A DNA stretch of 64,000 nucleotides from Puccinia triticina (taxonomy: Eukaryota): positions 2,170,001 through 2,234,000 of the forward strand of contig CP110440.1 in NCBI GenBank assembly GCA_026914245.1. The letters run 5' to 3'. Below are positions 49,212 to 63,100 of the stretch, piece after piece. Positions within the stretch are counted from its first letter, which is position 1, and each line of letters opens with the position of its first letter. The translations under genes and the position numbers were made by a program. The notes under the pieces were generated by a model. That model was given only the letters and a program-made list of their open reading frames with translations, was not told the origin of the DNA and ran no database searches.

Positions 49212-52200
49212 CACTGCCAATACAATTGTATCGGATGGCTGCATCCGCGCTTACGTCAGATGTTTTGAACCGATGTTACATCGGTGCAAGAGTCCGACGT
49301 AACTGTCTTGTGATGTTAAATCGGCAATGGCAGATGTTACATCGCTGTGGTCCGATCTGAAAAGGCCGGTGGGTGATGTAAGATCGGCAGACACCCCACC
49401 AACGCAACCCCCGGTTGATGCTGTGTCGCCCAGGTTGTAAACCGACCCAAAGGCCCCCCGACTCAACGTCGGCCCCAAGCCACATTGTATCGACCATCTG
49501 CGACGCTACGATCGACTCAATATCGCGTGATGCCGCTTTTCGATGGGCTTTCGCGAGATTCCACCGGGCTGGCACGATGCAACCTCGCCCTTGCTCGACC
49601 CGATATCGCTTTTGCTCGATGCAAACCCGCTTCCGGTCGATAAAATATCAATTTCTGCCGATGCAATCTCGGTCAGAGGCCGCGACGCAATCTCAAAGTG
49701 GGATCACACCAGGTCCATAAGGCAAAAACGCTCAAATTACCCCGGGGCCTCCCTCCTTGAATTTTCCGCGTCTCTCTAATGGATCTGCTAACTGGGACTA
49801 TTCGCGCACAGGAACTTCATACTCCGGTCTCCCGCCATGCACGGCTATCCGGACGGACTTGCCTCCCACCCCACACACCCGGCTGCTCTTCTTCCGCCGC
49901 CAAAAAAATCATGCGGCTGCCCATACATAGACCTGCCTGTGTCTCAGAGAGTCCAGAGCCGACGGCCGCTCTGGCAACACTTTGTCGGCCTCTTCGCCAG
50001 CTCCAACAAGCACCCGCGGCCCGCACCGCGCTCGTTAATTGGCTTGAGAACACCCATGCACCTAAGGATGCACTCAACCATCCGGTATCAGAGGACGAGA
50101 ATCATGTGCCCCGTGCGGCCCTCATGCTCGCGGCCAAGATCCCTCTAGTTCAGTGCCTCCATCGATGAAGCCCCCTCCCGCGCCACTGACCACTGACCAT
50201 CTGTGTAGCCTGCAGGTTTCGCAGGCGCATGTCTCGTGGAACCAGACCTGGAGTCCCTGTTCGACGCCCTTGAGCTGCTCGGCTTCTGAAGCCTCCGAAG
50301 GATCTACGCGGTGCCCGTGCATGACCGCCGTTTTCCTGGCTGCCCCCTCCCCGCCTTCCCCGCCCGCCATCAAACCCTGGACGCCCAACAAGGCCGCGCA
50401 CCGACTAGACGCTTATCTCCAACGCCGCGCGAGATCTTGGACATGGGTGTGGAGGTTGGCACTGGACAGCCAGACAGGAGAGTCCACGGCGGCGCCTGCC
50501 TGCCACTTGGTGGCCCAAGTGATGGTGGAATGCGCGCTGGGTGTGCCGCTATGCCTGACCAGACATCCGTGCGTCAGTCAACGCATCCGCAAACTTGACA
50601 CAAGTCCTTCGTACCCAGTTTAGTAGAGGGGCGCGGGAGGCGTGTGCAACCCCACTACAGGTAGAGGGACCTCGCAATGTCAGCCTTTTGGCCTGAGAGC
50701 AGGAAATCGTTTGGTGTAGAGCACCCTTTTTCCGCACTACACCTCACGAACTCAGAAAACCTTGATTTGTTTTTCAACAGATAGGATGGGCTGTGTCATC
50801 CCATCATAATAGTCTCTTCAAAATTTTGAATTTTACATTATAAGTAGTTTATACGTATTTTTGAAAGTTGCTGATGTTGGTGAATCCTTCACCATCAGAA
50901 TCAAACCCCATAATATGTAGTAAAAAACCTAAATGAAATTTCCTGTGCCTTTTCTTGTTCTTTGCTGGCCAAACTGAATTAATAATACGTTTCCCATAAA
51001 GTGGAATAAGGCAATATTGCACTGTAAAAAAGAGGAGTTTGACTTGATTTTCTTTTGCCACTCAAAAATCAGGTTTGCAAGATATGAGAAAGCTACATAA
51101 CACCAAAACTGTGCGCCAGGACAATGATGGATTCCATCTGTTGGGATAGTCAACCAAGTGTGTTGCTTTCCTGCAACAATTTCTAAAAAGTAATTTGAGT
51201 GATTTGGAGATGCTGCCAGCCCCGTGGCCTGACTTTGCGCATAAGCCTCTCTACAAGAGTGTTGTCCCACAACATCTCCAGAGAGGCTGCGTAAGCTCAA
51301 CGCATCCGTGCGTCAGTCCACACATCTGTGAGTGAGTCAATGCATCTGTGCTTCAATCAACACATCTTACGTCAGTCAACAAGGAGTTCTGAGAAAGGGA
51401 AGAAGCAATGTGTTTCAACTTCTCTAACCCTTCCAGCAGCAAGGCAAAATAATCAACCCCACCACTTAGTCAACCCAACATCCAATTGATGCTCAGGAGA
51501 TAGTGCTGCCCCTGACACCCACGTAAAGGCACTATGAATAGTACCCCGGCACACTGAATAGTGCCAAAGGCACTATGGGTAGTGCCCCGGCACACTCAAT
51601 AGTGCCAGAGGCACTATGAATAGTGCCTCTCTGGCACTATGAATAGTGCCTCTCTGGCACTATGAATAGTGCCTCTGGCACTATGAATAGTGCCTCTGGC
51701 ACTATGAATAGTGCCTCTGGCACTATGAATAGTGCCTCTGGCACTATGAATAGTGCCTCTGGCACTATGAATAGTGCCTCTGGCACTATGAATAGTGCCT
51801 CTGGCACTATGAATAGTGCCTCTGGCACTATGAATAGTGCCTCTGGCACTATGAATAGTGCCTCTGGCACTATGAATAGTGCCTCTGGCACTATGAATAG
51901 TGCCTCTGGCACTATGAATAGTGCCTCTGGCACTATGAATAGTGCCTCTGGCACTATGAATAGTGCCTCTGGCACTATGAATAGTGCCTCTGGCACTATG
52001 AATAGTGCCTCTGGCACTATGAATAGTGCCTCTGGCACTATGAATAGTGCCTCTGGCACTATGAATAGTGCCTCTGGCACTATGAATAGTGCCTCTGGCA
52101 CTATGAATAGTGCCTCTGGCACTATGAATAGTGCCTCTGGCACTATGAATAGTGCCTCTGGCACTATGAATAGTGCCTCTGGCACTATGAATAGTGCCTC

Positions 52201-55200
52201 TGGCACTATGAATAGTGCCTCTGGCACTATGAATAGTGCCTCTGGCACTATGAATAGTGCCTCTGGCACTATGAATAGTGCCTCTGGCACTATGAATAGT
52301 GCCTCTGGCACTATGAATAGTGCCTCTGGCACTATGAATAGTGCCTCTGGCACTATGAATAGTGCCTCTGGCACTATGAATAGTGCCTCTGGCACTATGA
52401 ATAGTGCCTCTGGCACTATGAATAGTGCCTCTGGCACTATGAATAGTGCCTCTGGCACTATGAATAGTGCCTCTGGCACTATGAATAGTGCCTCTGGCAC
52501 TATGAATAGTGCCTCTGGCACTATGAATAGTGCCTCTGGCACACTGAATAGTGCCAAAGGCACTATGAATAGTGCCTCTGGCACACTGAATAGTGCCAAA
52601 GGCACTATGAATAGTGCCTCTGGCACACTGAATAGTGCCAAAGGCACTATGAATAGTGCCCTGGCACACTGAATAGTGCCAAAGGCACTATGAATAGTGC
52701 CCTGGCACACTGAATAGTGCCAAAGGCACTATGAATGGTGCCCCGGCACACTGAATAGTGCCATAGGCACTATTAATAGTGCCCCGGCACACTGAATAGT
52801 GCCATAGGCACTATGAATAGTGCCCTGGCACACTGAATAGTGCCAAAGGCACTATGAATAGTGCCAAAGGCACTATGAATAGTGCCCTGGCACACTGAAT
52901 AGTGCCAAAGGCACTATGAATAGTGCCCTGGCACACTGAATAGTGCCAAAGGCACTATGAATAGTGCCCTGGCACACTGAATAGTGCCAAAGGCACTATG
53001 AATAGTGCCCTGGCACACTGAATAGTGCCAAAGGCACTATGAATAGTGCCCTGGCACACTGAATAGTGCCAAAGGCACTATGAATAGTGCCCCGGCACAC
53101 TGAATAGTGCCAAAGGCACTTTGAATAGTGCCCCGGCACACTGAATAGTGCCAAAGGCACTATGAATAGTGCCCCGGCACACTGAATAGTGCCCCGGTAC
53201 ACGTAATAGCTCCCTGGCACACTGAATAATGCCCCGGCAAACTGAATAGTGCCCTGGCACACTGAATAGTGCCGGAGAACTATTCAACTACACTTTTAAT
53301 TGAATAGTGCCTCTGGCACTTGGAATAGTGCCCTGGCACACTGAATAGTGCCGGAGAACTATTCAACTACCATTTTCATTTGTTTAAGGGTGCTAGTTGG
53401 CACAGCAATCTAGATGTGGCATGGGCCCTACTATCACCCTTCCCTCCTCCCCTTAACAATACAAGTTCCATAGCACAAACCCCCAGCACTGTACACCAGG
53501 AAAAATCAATTGTCACCAGACATCCGGTGACACCAAACAACAATAGCTGTCACTTATTTCCAGCTCTGGCGCTACCACAACTAGGCTACAATGGCCCCTT
53601 TTATTCCTACAGGGGGATTTCCATGCAGCCAACTGTGCAACTGGTGGGTAGCTCAATGGAATTAGGCTGATGTCACCTCTAGTGTAGTGACAGTTTATCT
53701 TTCTTGGTGGTAATGAAGGTTAAGGGTTGAGAACAATGAGAAAGAAGAGAACAGGCAAGAACAGAGTTATCTGCAAAGAGAGAGATCAGAGTTGGAGTTT
53801 GGTGTTCAGCAAGTGGGACCTGATTGATCAACATGCTACCAGTGCCACATGTACACGTTACATGTATGAGCACATGCATAGACTAAACCAATACTCAATG
53901 TACTAGAGTTTAAACTAAACAGCCAAATTGTTTTGCAAAATTTGACCAGAACATACATCCTTGCTCTTGAACAATCTTGAGCCACAATCTGTGAAAAGCG
54001 GTGGCAGAGCAACCTCAAAAGTCTAGTGAATTTCAAAACCATACTATTTGAACCAGGATGGATTTTGTTGATATTACATTAATCACATCATATATATGAT
54101 TTGGTTGAAGCAAAAGACATAAGACAATGGCAGAAGATAGACAAGCTTCTGATGAGTCTAATTCTGAATGTAGTAATAGCTAGTAGAGGGAGATTACACA
54201 AACATAGAGATTTGCAAAGACCTAGAAATTTGATGTTTGTCTCAGGCCAAAATTACCTGTAACTTGTAAGGCAAGTCCCTCCCCCTAGGAGGGATTTAGT
54301 TAAGTTAGCTCTGCTCCCCCCAAAGAAACCGCAGGGGCAAGTCAATCTCCCTAATTATTTGCTCATGTGCAAAGATCCATTTGCTTCATTCCTTGACAAC
54401 ATCAACACATCTATGGAAGTTAATAGTCCGCTGGAAACTACTCAGCCAAAAGACCACCACAGTAACCACATAATGTACCATACACAGTTGACATAAATTC
54501 TGATCCTCATTATTCATTTCCGTAGGAAGCAGAAGGGGGTCGAGGAGGCGGCGCGGGCAAGCAGGTTCTTGCGCGGATGTGTTTTTGGGTTTGTCAGAAC
54601 GGTTGCCAGTTGGTCTTGGATGGGGGCCGAGGCGGGTAGAGGCACGGCCTGAGGGCGCAAGCGGACAGAGGGGCTGTAGCAAGAAGACTCGGCACACAAC
54701 TCCTCGTCGGCTGACGCTGCCCAGCGCGCATTCCACCATCACTTGGGCCACCAAGTGGCCGGCAGGCGCCGCCGCGGGATCTTCTGTCTGGGCGTCCAGC
54801 GCGTGACCTCCACAGCCGTGTCCAAGATCTCGCGCAGCGTCGGAGATAGGTGTCTAGCCGGTGCGCGGCCTCGTTGGGCGTCTAGGGTTTGATGACGTGC
54901 GGGGGGCAGCCGGGAAAACGGCGTTCCTGCACGGGCACCGCGTAGGGTCTTCCGAGGCTTCACAAGCCGAGTAGCTCAAGGGCATCGACCGGGGACTCCA
55001 GGTCTGGCTCCACGAGACGGGCGCCTGCGAAATCTGCAGACCACACAGATGGTCAGTGGCGATGGAGGGGGCTTCATCGATGGGGGCACTGAGCTTGAGG
55101 GATCTTGGCGAGCTTGAGAGTCGCACGGGGCACAGGATTGTCTTCCGCAGATACCGGATGGTTGAGTGCATGCTTAGGCGGATGGGTGTTCTCAAGCCGA

Positions 55201-56699
55201 TTGCCTAGCGCGGTGCGGGGCGCAGGCGGCGCTTGTTGGAGCTGGCAAAGAGACCGACATAGTGTTGCCAGAGCGGGCCGTCGGCTCTGGACTCGACAAG
55301 ACACAGGCAGGCGTAAGGGCAGCCGCAGGGTTTTTTGGCGGCGGAAGAAGAGCAGCCGGGTGCGCGGGGTGGGAGGCGAGTCCGTCCGGATAGCCGTGCA
55401 CGGCGGGAGACCGGGCGGGGCGAGAAGCTGGTTGGGGGTGGCTGGCAAGGTCGTTGGCGCGCAACCAGAGAAGCACGTTGTCGAAGCGCTCGGCGGCCGC
55501 GGCCAGCAGGAACCCCAGGGCACCCACTCAGGCTTTGCGGAGAAGCTGAGGCTCAGCGTGGAGTCGGACACGTGGAAGGGGTTGACGGCGAGCATCAGCC
55601 GCCTTGGCTTGCGATTGTCAAGTGAGATATGAGATGGAGGTGGTGGCGATGAGGAGAAGACAAGGAATTGCTCACGTGGAGGATGAATCTTGCGAGGCAA
55701 AGTTCAGAAGACTTGGCAAAAACCGAAGGGCCGGAAGAACCGGAAGAAGCCAACAATGGAGCGCGCAAGGTAGCCGCCTGTTTGGAATCCGGGCCGAGGC
55801 GTTCGGCCATTCGGGCGCTTCAAGTTCTTGCTTCAGCACCAGCTTTGATTTGAGCCTCAATTGAACAACAAATGAAGTCGTGTAGCTGCTTGTCCAATCA
55901 ACAAATAAGAGAGCCCAAATATTGTATTAGCGGCGGGTGATTTGGTGGGATCCAGTGCAGATTCTAGAACACCTGCATGGGTCTTTGATTATTGATAAAA
56001 TATAAGAAAAATACTAGTCGAGCAAGCAAGCCGAGTCGTGTTGACCCGTTCAAGTTAGCTGGTGGATGATCATCTAAGAAACAAGTATCAAGTTCCTGTG
56101 CCCGTTTAGCAGGACTAATAGTCCCAGTTAGCAGATATGGAGACACAGACAATTCAAGGAGGGAGGCCCCGGTAATTCGAGTGTTTTGCCTTATGTACCT
56201 GGTTTGATCCTACTCTGCAATTGCGTCGGGTCCTGTGACCGAGATTGCATCGGCGGAAATTGATGTTATATCAACCGGGAGCGGGTTTGCATTGAGCGAA
56301 AGCGGAGTTGTGTCGCCCAAGGGCGAGGTTGCATCGTGCCATACTGTTGTAGTCTCGTCAACACCGATCCAAAAACGCCCCCTGCCGATTTTGAGTCAAC
56401 TATTGCGTCGCTGATGGCCGATGCAATCTCGCCTTGGGCCAATGTTGAGTCGGAGGTAATTTGAGTGGGTATACAACTTGGTCGACATGACGTCAACCAA
56501 GGGTTGTGTCGGTGGGGTGCCCGGCGATGTTACATCGCCACCATCCCTTTTGAAATCGGACCACGGCGATGTAACATCTGCCATCGCCATTGTAACATCG
56601 CAAGACAGTTAAGTCGGATGCTTCCACCAATGTAACATCGGTTCAAAACATCTGATGTAAGCGCAGATGTAGCCAACCAATACAATCATATTGGCAGTG
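49212..56699. mobile_element. CACTG-ended (CMC/EnSpm-like) foldback element, 7488 bp, no transposase seen
   Basis: CACTGCCAATA..TATTGGCAGTG ends, 3-bp TSD CAG, diverged inverted arms 49212-50541 and 54720-56699, subterminal CGATGTTACATCG-type repeats. Confidence 0.85.
51527..53365. repeat. 21-bp palindromic minisatellite with 41-42-bp dimeric flanks
   Basis: About 42 identical GGCACTATGAATAGTGCCTCT units at about 51656-52540, grading into alternating variants. Confidence 0.98.
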
Positions 56700-57587
56700 C
56701 AGTAGCTATCGGGCAGGAGGAAGACCCGTTTTGCCGGACCATGGGGCTCGGTTGTAATCCATGTTTATTTGAAGGATCACCCAACTTCATTATGTACATA
56801 AAGAATTACCTCCCTTCCTGGCGGAGGAGGTTGACCGTATTTTGTGTTTTGGTGGGCACCTGCGTGTACTTTTTGCAAACGGACATCCCCCCGACTCCTT
56901 GCACTTATCAGAACGTGGGTTACATCCCTCAGGACCGGCTAGATCTTTTCTAGCTGCCTGTTGGGCTTTCTTTCCCCTCTACATCCTTCCCCTTCCTTCA
57001 TGAATTTTTTAAGGTTGACAAAACTGCCTAGTTTTGAGACTTGTCCTATACAATGCTGGAGCACTTCCGTCCAATCTGCAGCCCCTGCAGATGCTGTTTC
57101 ACAGCCACAAAACCTAAATTTTTGCGGAGAAATGCAGCCCCAGAGTCTAGAGAGGTGGAGCTCTTACAAGATTTGGTTACAAGATGGACCTATTAGAGTG
57201 TTTGAGCAACATCTTGTTTTCCAATCTGCAGGTATCAATGCTGATCATGCACACCTGTGTGCCTGGTACGACAAGATAAAACAGCGTAGTCCGCGAGGAT
57301 TGCCTGTAGATCCTTTGGGCACACTTGTTTCAACATATGGTTTCTCTAGGTTTCTCTCCACTGCACATCCCAACATCTGGATTCTTCCCCTCAAGATCGG
57401 AACCTGCAGACACACATACATCCTTGCAGACCAATGATCACCTCTGCATCTCTGACATCAGATTGGTCCAGCTCCGCCGCAGAATTATGCGCTAGTTGCT
57501 GTGAGCTTGGTTTCCGAGCGCGACGGGTAGGCCATCTCATGTCTGTGGATTGGATGGCCTCGTGACCATCGGCTTCGGGTAGTAATG

Positions 57588-58870
57588 CACCAGGAAAAAA
57601 AAATAGTCACTTGATGGCAAGTGACATGATGCAGCTTTGATTTCTGCTCCAGAGCTACTCCAGTGCTGCTCCAAGTCTGCTCCACCAGCACTTGTAGAGC
57701 TTGCAGGACTGCACCAGAGCACTCAATGTGGCACAGTCAGCTGATCCTAATTTTTTCCCAGGAACAGCTGATGCTCATCATAAGCTGAGCAGTAGGCATT
57801 GACTGAGCCTGGGCCAAAGCTGAGCATTGGCTGAGCCTGGGCCACAGCTGAGCATTGGATATTCCAAGACTGAAACAAATCCAAGTGTCAGCTGGACCAA
57901 GAATATTCCAAATCTGAGCATCAGCTTAGCCAACAATGGTCCAAAGCTGAGCATCATCTTGGAAAAGGCTTGTGCAGAGCTTAGGATCAGCTGGGACAAT
58001 ACTGTTCCAAAGATTAACACCAGCTGGGCTAAAAATTTTCAAAAGCTGAGCATTGGCTGAGCCAATGCTGGTACAAAGCTGAGCATTGACTGAGCCAAGG
58101 CTGTTCCAAAGCTGAGTATCAGATTTTTTGAGACTATTCAAAAGATTAATATCACCTGAGCCAAGGCTGTTCCACAGCTGAGCATCAGCTGAGCCAAGGC
58201 TGGTCCACAGCTGAGCATCAGCTGAGCATCAGCTGAGCCAAGGCTGTTCCACAGCTGAGCATCAGCTGAGCCAAGGCTGGTCCACAGCTGAGCATCAGCT
58301 GAGCCAAGGCTGGTCCACAGCTGAGCATCAGCTGAGCCAAGGCTGGTCCACAGCTGAGCATTGTCTTAGCCAAGGTTGGTCCACAGCTGAGCATCAGCTG
58401 AGCCAAGGCTGGTCCACAGATGAGCATAAGCTGTTACAGGAGTGGTCAGACTCAGAATCTGAGCATTGGCTGGGCCGAGATTTATCCAAAGCTGAAAATC
58501 AGCTGAGCCAATACTGGTCCAAAGCTGAGCATTGGCTGGGCCAATGATAGTCCTAATCCGAGTCTAAGCTGAGCCATGACTGGAATAAAGCTGAAAATAA
58601 GCTGGGCCAGGACTGGTTCTGATCTGGGCAAAAAAGCCGAGCATGAGCTGGGCACCAAAGCTGAGCATAAGCTGGGAGCTAAAGCTGAGTATCAGCTGAC
58701 CAGAAATGGGTATCAGTGGTGCCCAGCAAAAATTGAGGATCTCCTGTGGAAATTCTTGAAGTGGTTAGATGGTGGGTAGCTGGTGGGTAGATGATGGGTA
58801 GATGGTGGGTAGCCCGCTGGAGCTGGCATGATGTCACTTGTCATCAAGTGAATATTTTTTTTTCCTGGTG
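57588..58870. mobile_element. Non-autonomous CACCAGG-family TIR element (1283 bp) with 33-bp array
   Basis: Imperfect ~40-bp TIRs CACCAGGAAAAAAAAATA..CACTTGATGRCAAGTGACAT, TSD ATG, units CAGCTGAGCATCAGCTGAGCCAAGGCTGGTCCA. Confidence 0.88.
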
Positions 58871-59127
58871 ATGGGGCCACGGCCGGGGGAGAATCATAAC
58901 ATAGATCATGGAAAGAATTTGGATGTCTGCGCAAATCTTCTCGAGCCGCTTATCTGCCACACTTACAGTTACCACTACACATACGCTGTTCTAGATGGGC
59001 GTACTCAGGAACCGGTGAGAAAAACACCGCAGACTTTCTGGGCACACAAACAAAAAATATTGGTGCGACGTTGTGTCCTCTTTAGGAGCTCTGTATGTAA
59101 ACAGAAGTTGTAGACTGGGTGTCGGGG

Positions 59128-60133
59128 TCAGTTCATCTCGTCCATGATTTCAGCTAGTTTGGCTTCCCTACCAAAGTTTTCAACCAGCGTAAGAGTACAA
59201 GGAACGGAGAATTAGGTCATTAATTTTCATCACACGCATACACACTATTAAGAAGAAATTGCTTACTCTTTGGCAGTCAGCTCGAACTGGGGTTCTTTTT
59301 TTGTGTGAGATGCAGGCTCGGCATGACTCGGGATAGAGTGGGTGCCAATGTGAGGGGCAAAGCGTCGCTAGAGAATTGTCAGTTCCCATTTGCGCAGGGT
59401 CCCGTCTAAGCCCAAGCTGACGAGCCAGGGCTTGTGCATCTGGGAGTCAATCCAGATTCTCAAGCAGTTGACCTCGTGCCAATGACGCTTGAGGGCGCCA
59501 AACCAGCCATTGGAGACTGTCTTCAATGTGGCCGAAGGCGCTGGTTTGTGCAGCGGACGGCTGGACGAGACGGCCTGTTCCTGATGCTCAATAGCTTTGA
59601 GGTCGTAGATCCGGATATCTTCGTCCGTTTTGCCAGTGATCAACCAGTTCGGAACGGCCGTCTCAGCGTGGACTGTCTGGGCGAAGAACAGGGGGAGGCT
59701 GGGGACGCAGCGGACAAAGTAAGGCTGCTTGATGCGAAGGATGTTGACGATCCGCTGGGTGGACGAGGGCAGGAGGTCAAGGGCAGAATGGAGGACGGCG
59801 TTGTCAGCAGAGGCCGTCCAGAGTTGCGCACTGGTCTGGTGGTTGATTTCGTGCCGCAGATCACAGCCGATCTTGATGTCATTGATGCTTGTCTTGTGGG
59901 GCCAGAAGGTGGAGTCGATGGTGGCTTTGGCGGTCTGTATGTTCGAGGGGATGAGCCAGACTTTGAGGGCGCCCATTGAATTGGCAGAAACGAGCAGATG
60001 AGGCAAGGTGCCGCTCTTCCTGCTGAAGTACGTCTCTTCCTCTGTCGGACAGACAATCGGGTATGAGTTCAGAGAGTCAATCGGCCGGGTGTGTGATTTG
60101 AGGGTCCCGCAACACGCCATTGGAGGATAGATC
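59128..60133 (-). pseudogene. WD40-repeat protein, 5'-truncated, premature stop at 59368
   Basis: LKSHTRPIDSL, HKTSINDI..LWTASADN, TDEDIRIYD, HWHEVNCL..LVSLGLDGTLRKW. A probable last intron and the tail EAKLAEIMDEMN* follow the stop. Confidence 0.78.
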
Positions 60134-63100
60134 CACTACCAAGATGGATGAATTTGCGATGTCGTATATTGATCATTTTTTTTTTTTTATTATTCCTCTT
60201 GATACCTTTGTCTGTTTTCCATGTCTCCTTGATACTATTCTATAATCTCTCTCCTTCTGCCTGTGTTAGCTTCAAGCCACAGGAATTTTTTTTTTCTTTT
60301 GCCTGATAACATTCATAAATTTCTACATACACCACTCAATTCTTCCTGGAAAAAAGACTTTGCAAGTTTTAGGATTAATCCAGGGTAGCTGAGGGGTCTC
60401 AAATTTTTTTTCTTTTTTTTTTTTACTTCAACAATTGATATTATCAGAAGTCTCCAAATTGACTTTTTTTCAAAAGAGTAAAAACATTGACCCCTGACCT
60501 CTCTCATGATACCATCCTGCACACATTTTTAATTTGGTTGGTTGAACTGGCTCAAGATATTGCATATCATACTTGAAGTGCTACATGCATAGAAGGCCTT
60601 TTTGGAATTAGTTTACCATGGTTTAGCATATTTTTGTCAGGTTCTTTTTTTTATCTACTTTTGTTATCAACAACAGATTAATGAGGAATATTTCCACATA
60701 AAATTTCATCAGACAATTTTTCTGCATATAAAACCCAGAAATATTTTAAAATATAATTTATTTGGGGTTGCATCCATTATGCAGCAGCAACAATGTGATC
60801 AGTTCCCAAATATCACTAATTTGGTAGTTTCTGGCCCTTTCTGCCACTATATCTCAACACAGTGTGGGAGTTCTTCCATGATATTGGTATCAAAATGATC
60901 AATAGCCCCCAATTATTCATTTTTTACCTTAAATTACCACATAACCCAAATTTAGCAGCTACAATCTGATCAGTTGCCAAATGTCACTAATTTGGTAGTT
61001 TCTTGGTGTTTCTGCCACTATATCTCAACACAGCCTGGGAGTTCTTCCATAATATTGGTATCATAATGATCAATAGCCACCAAGGATTCATTGTGTACCT
61101 TAAATGACCACAAAACCTCCAAATGTAGCAGCTACAATCTGACCAGTTGCCAAATCTCACTAATTTGGTAGTTTCTTGGTGTTTCTGCCACTATATCTCA
61201 GTGCAACATGGGAGTTCTTCCATGATATTGGTACCAAGATTATTAAATGCCCTCAAAGATTGATTGAGTACCTCCAATGAGCACAAAATCCCCAATTGTA
61301 GCAGGCACAATGTGATCAGTTGCCAAATATCACTAATTTGGTAGTTTCTTGGTGTTTCTGCCACTATATCTCAGCGCAGCATGGGAGTTCTTCCATGATA
61401 TTTGTACCAAAATGATCAAATTCCCCTGAAAATTCATTGGGTACCTTGAATGACCACAAAACCCCCAAATGTAGCAGCCACAATGTGATCAGTTGCCAAA
61501 TATCACTAATTTGGTAGTTTCTTGGTGTTTCTGCCACTATATCTCAGCGCAGCATGGGAGTTATCCCATTATATTGGAACAAAAATGATCAAACACCCTC
61601 AAAAATTCATTGAGTACCTTGGATGACCACAAAAACCCCAAATGTAGCAGCTACAAACCGATCAGTTGCCAAATATCACTAATTTGGTAGTTTCTTGGTG
61701 TTTCTGCCACTATATCTCAGTGCAGCATGGGAGTTCTCCCATGATATTGGTACCAAAATGATCACATGCCCCCAAAGACTCATTGTGTACCTTGAATGAC
61801 CACAAAAACCCCAAATGTAGCAGCTACAAAGTGATCAGTTGCCAAATATCACTAATTTGGTAGTTTCTTGGTGTTTCTGCCACTATATCTCAGCGCAGCA
61901 TGGGAGTTATTCCAAGATATTGGTACCAAGATGATCAAATGACCTCAAAGACTGATTGAGTACCTTGAATGACCACAAAACCCCCAAGTGTAGCAGCCAA
62001 GATGTGGTCAGTTGCCAAATATCACTAATTTGGTAGTTTCTTGGTGTTTCTGCCACTATATCTAAGCGCAACATGGGAGTTCTTCCATGATATTGGTACC
62101 AAAATGATCAAATGCCCCTGAAGATTCATTGTGTACCTTGAATGACCACAATACCCCCAAATGTAGCAGCCACACTGTGATCAGTTGCAGAATATCACTA
62201 ATTTGGTAGTTTCTTGGTGTTTCTGCCACTATATCTCATCACAGCATGGGAGTTCTTCCATGATATTGGTACCAAAATGATCACATGCCCTCAGAAATTC
62301 ATTGAGTACCTTTTGTGACCACAAAACCCCCAAATGTGGCAGCTACAATGTGATCAGTTGCCAAATATCACTAATTTGGTGTTTCTGCCACTATATCTCA
62401 GCGCAGCATGGGAGTTCTTCCATGATATTGGTAACAAAATGATCACACGCCCCTGAAGATTCATTGTGTACCTTGAATGACCACAATACCCCCAAATGTA
62501 GCAGCCACACTGTGATCAGTTGCAAAATATCACTAATTTGGTAGTTCCTTGGTGTTTCTGCCACTATATCTCAGTGCAGCATGGGAGTTCTCCCATGATA
62601 TTGGAACCAAAATGATCAAATGCCCCCAAAAATTCATTGTGTACCTTGAATGACCACAAAAACCTCAAATGTAGCAGCTACAAAGTGATCAGTTGCCAAA
62701 TATCACTAATTTGGTAGTTTCTTGGTGTTTCTGCCACTTTATCTCAGCGCAGCGTGGGAGTCCTTTCATTATATTGGTACCAAAATGACCAAAAGCCCTC
62801 AAAGATTCATTGTGTACCTTGAATGACCACAAAACCCCCAAATGTAGCAGCCACAATGTGATCGGTTGCCAAATATCACTAATTTGGGAGTTTCTTGGTG
62901 TTTCTGCCACCATATCTCAGCGCAGCATGGGAGTTCTTCCATGATATTGGTACCAAAATGATCAAATGGCCCTGAAGATTCATTGTGTACCTTGAATGAC
63001 CACAATACCCCCAAATGTAGCAGCCACACTGTGATCAGTTGCAAAATATCACTAATTTGGTAGTTTCTTGGTGTTTCTGCTACTATATCTCAGCACAGCA

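Noticed and set aside
51614..52710. Long repetitive ORFs (GTIHSAR, EALFIVP, MNSASGT repeats)
   Set aside because: By-product of a stop-free 21-bp repeat open in several frames on both strands.
50653..53689. Nested CACTA element (CACTACA at 50653/50735 with TGTAGTG at 53689)
   Set aside because: Only 7-8 bp of TIR match and no TSD.
50660..54300. AGGGAC..TTTTGGCCTGAGA motifs near 50690 and 54245 resembling the YR copy 2 tail
   Set aside because: Matches are too short to claim homology.
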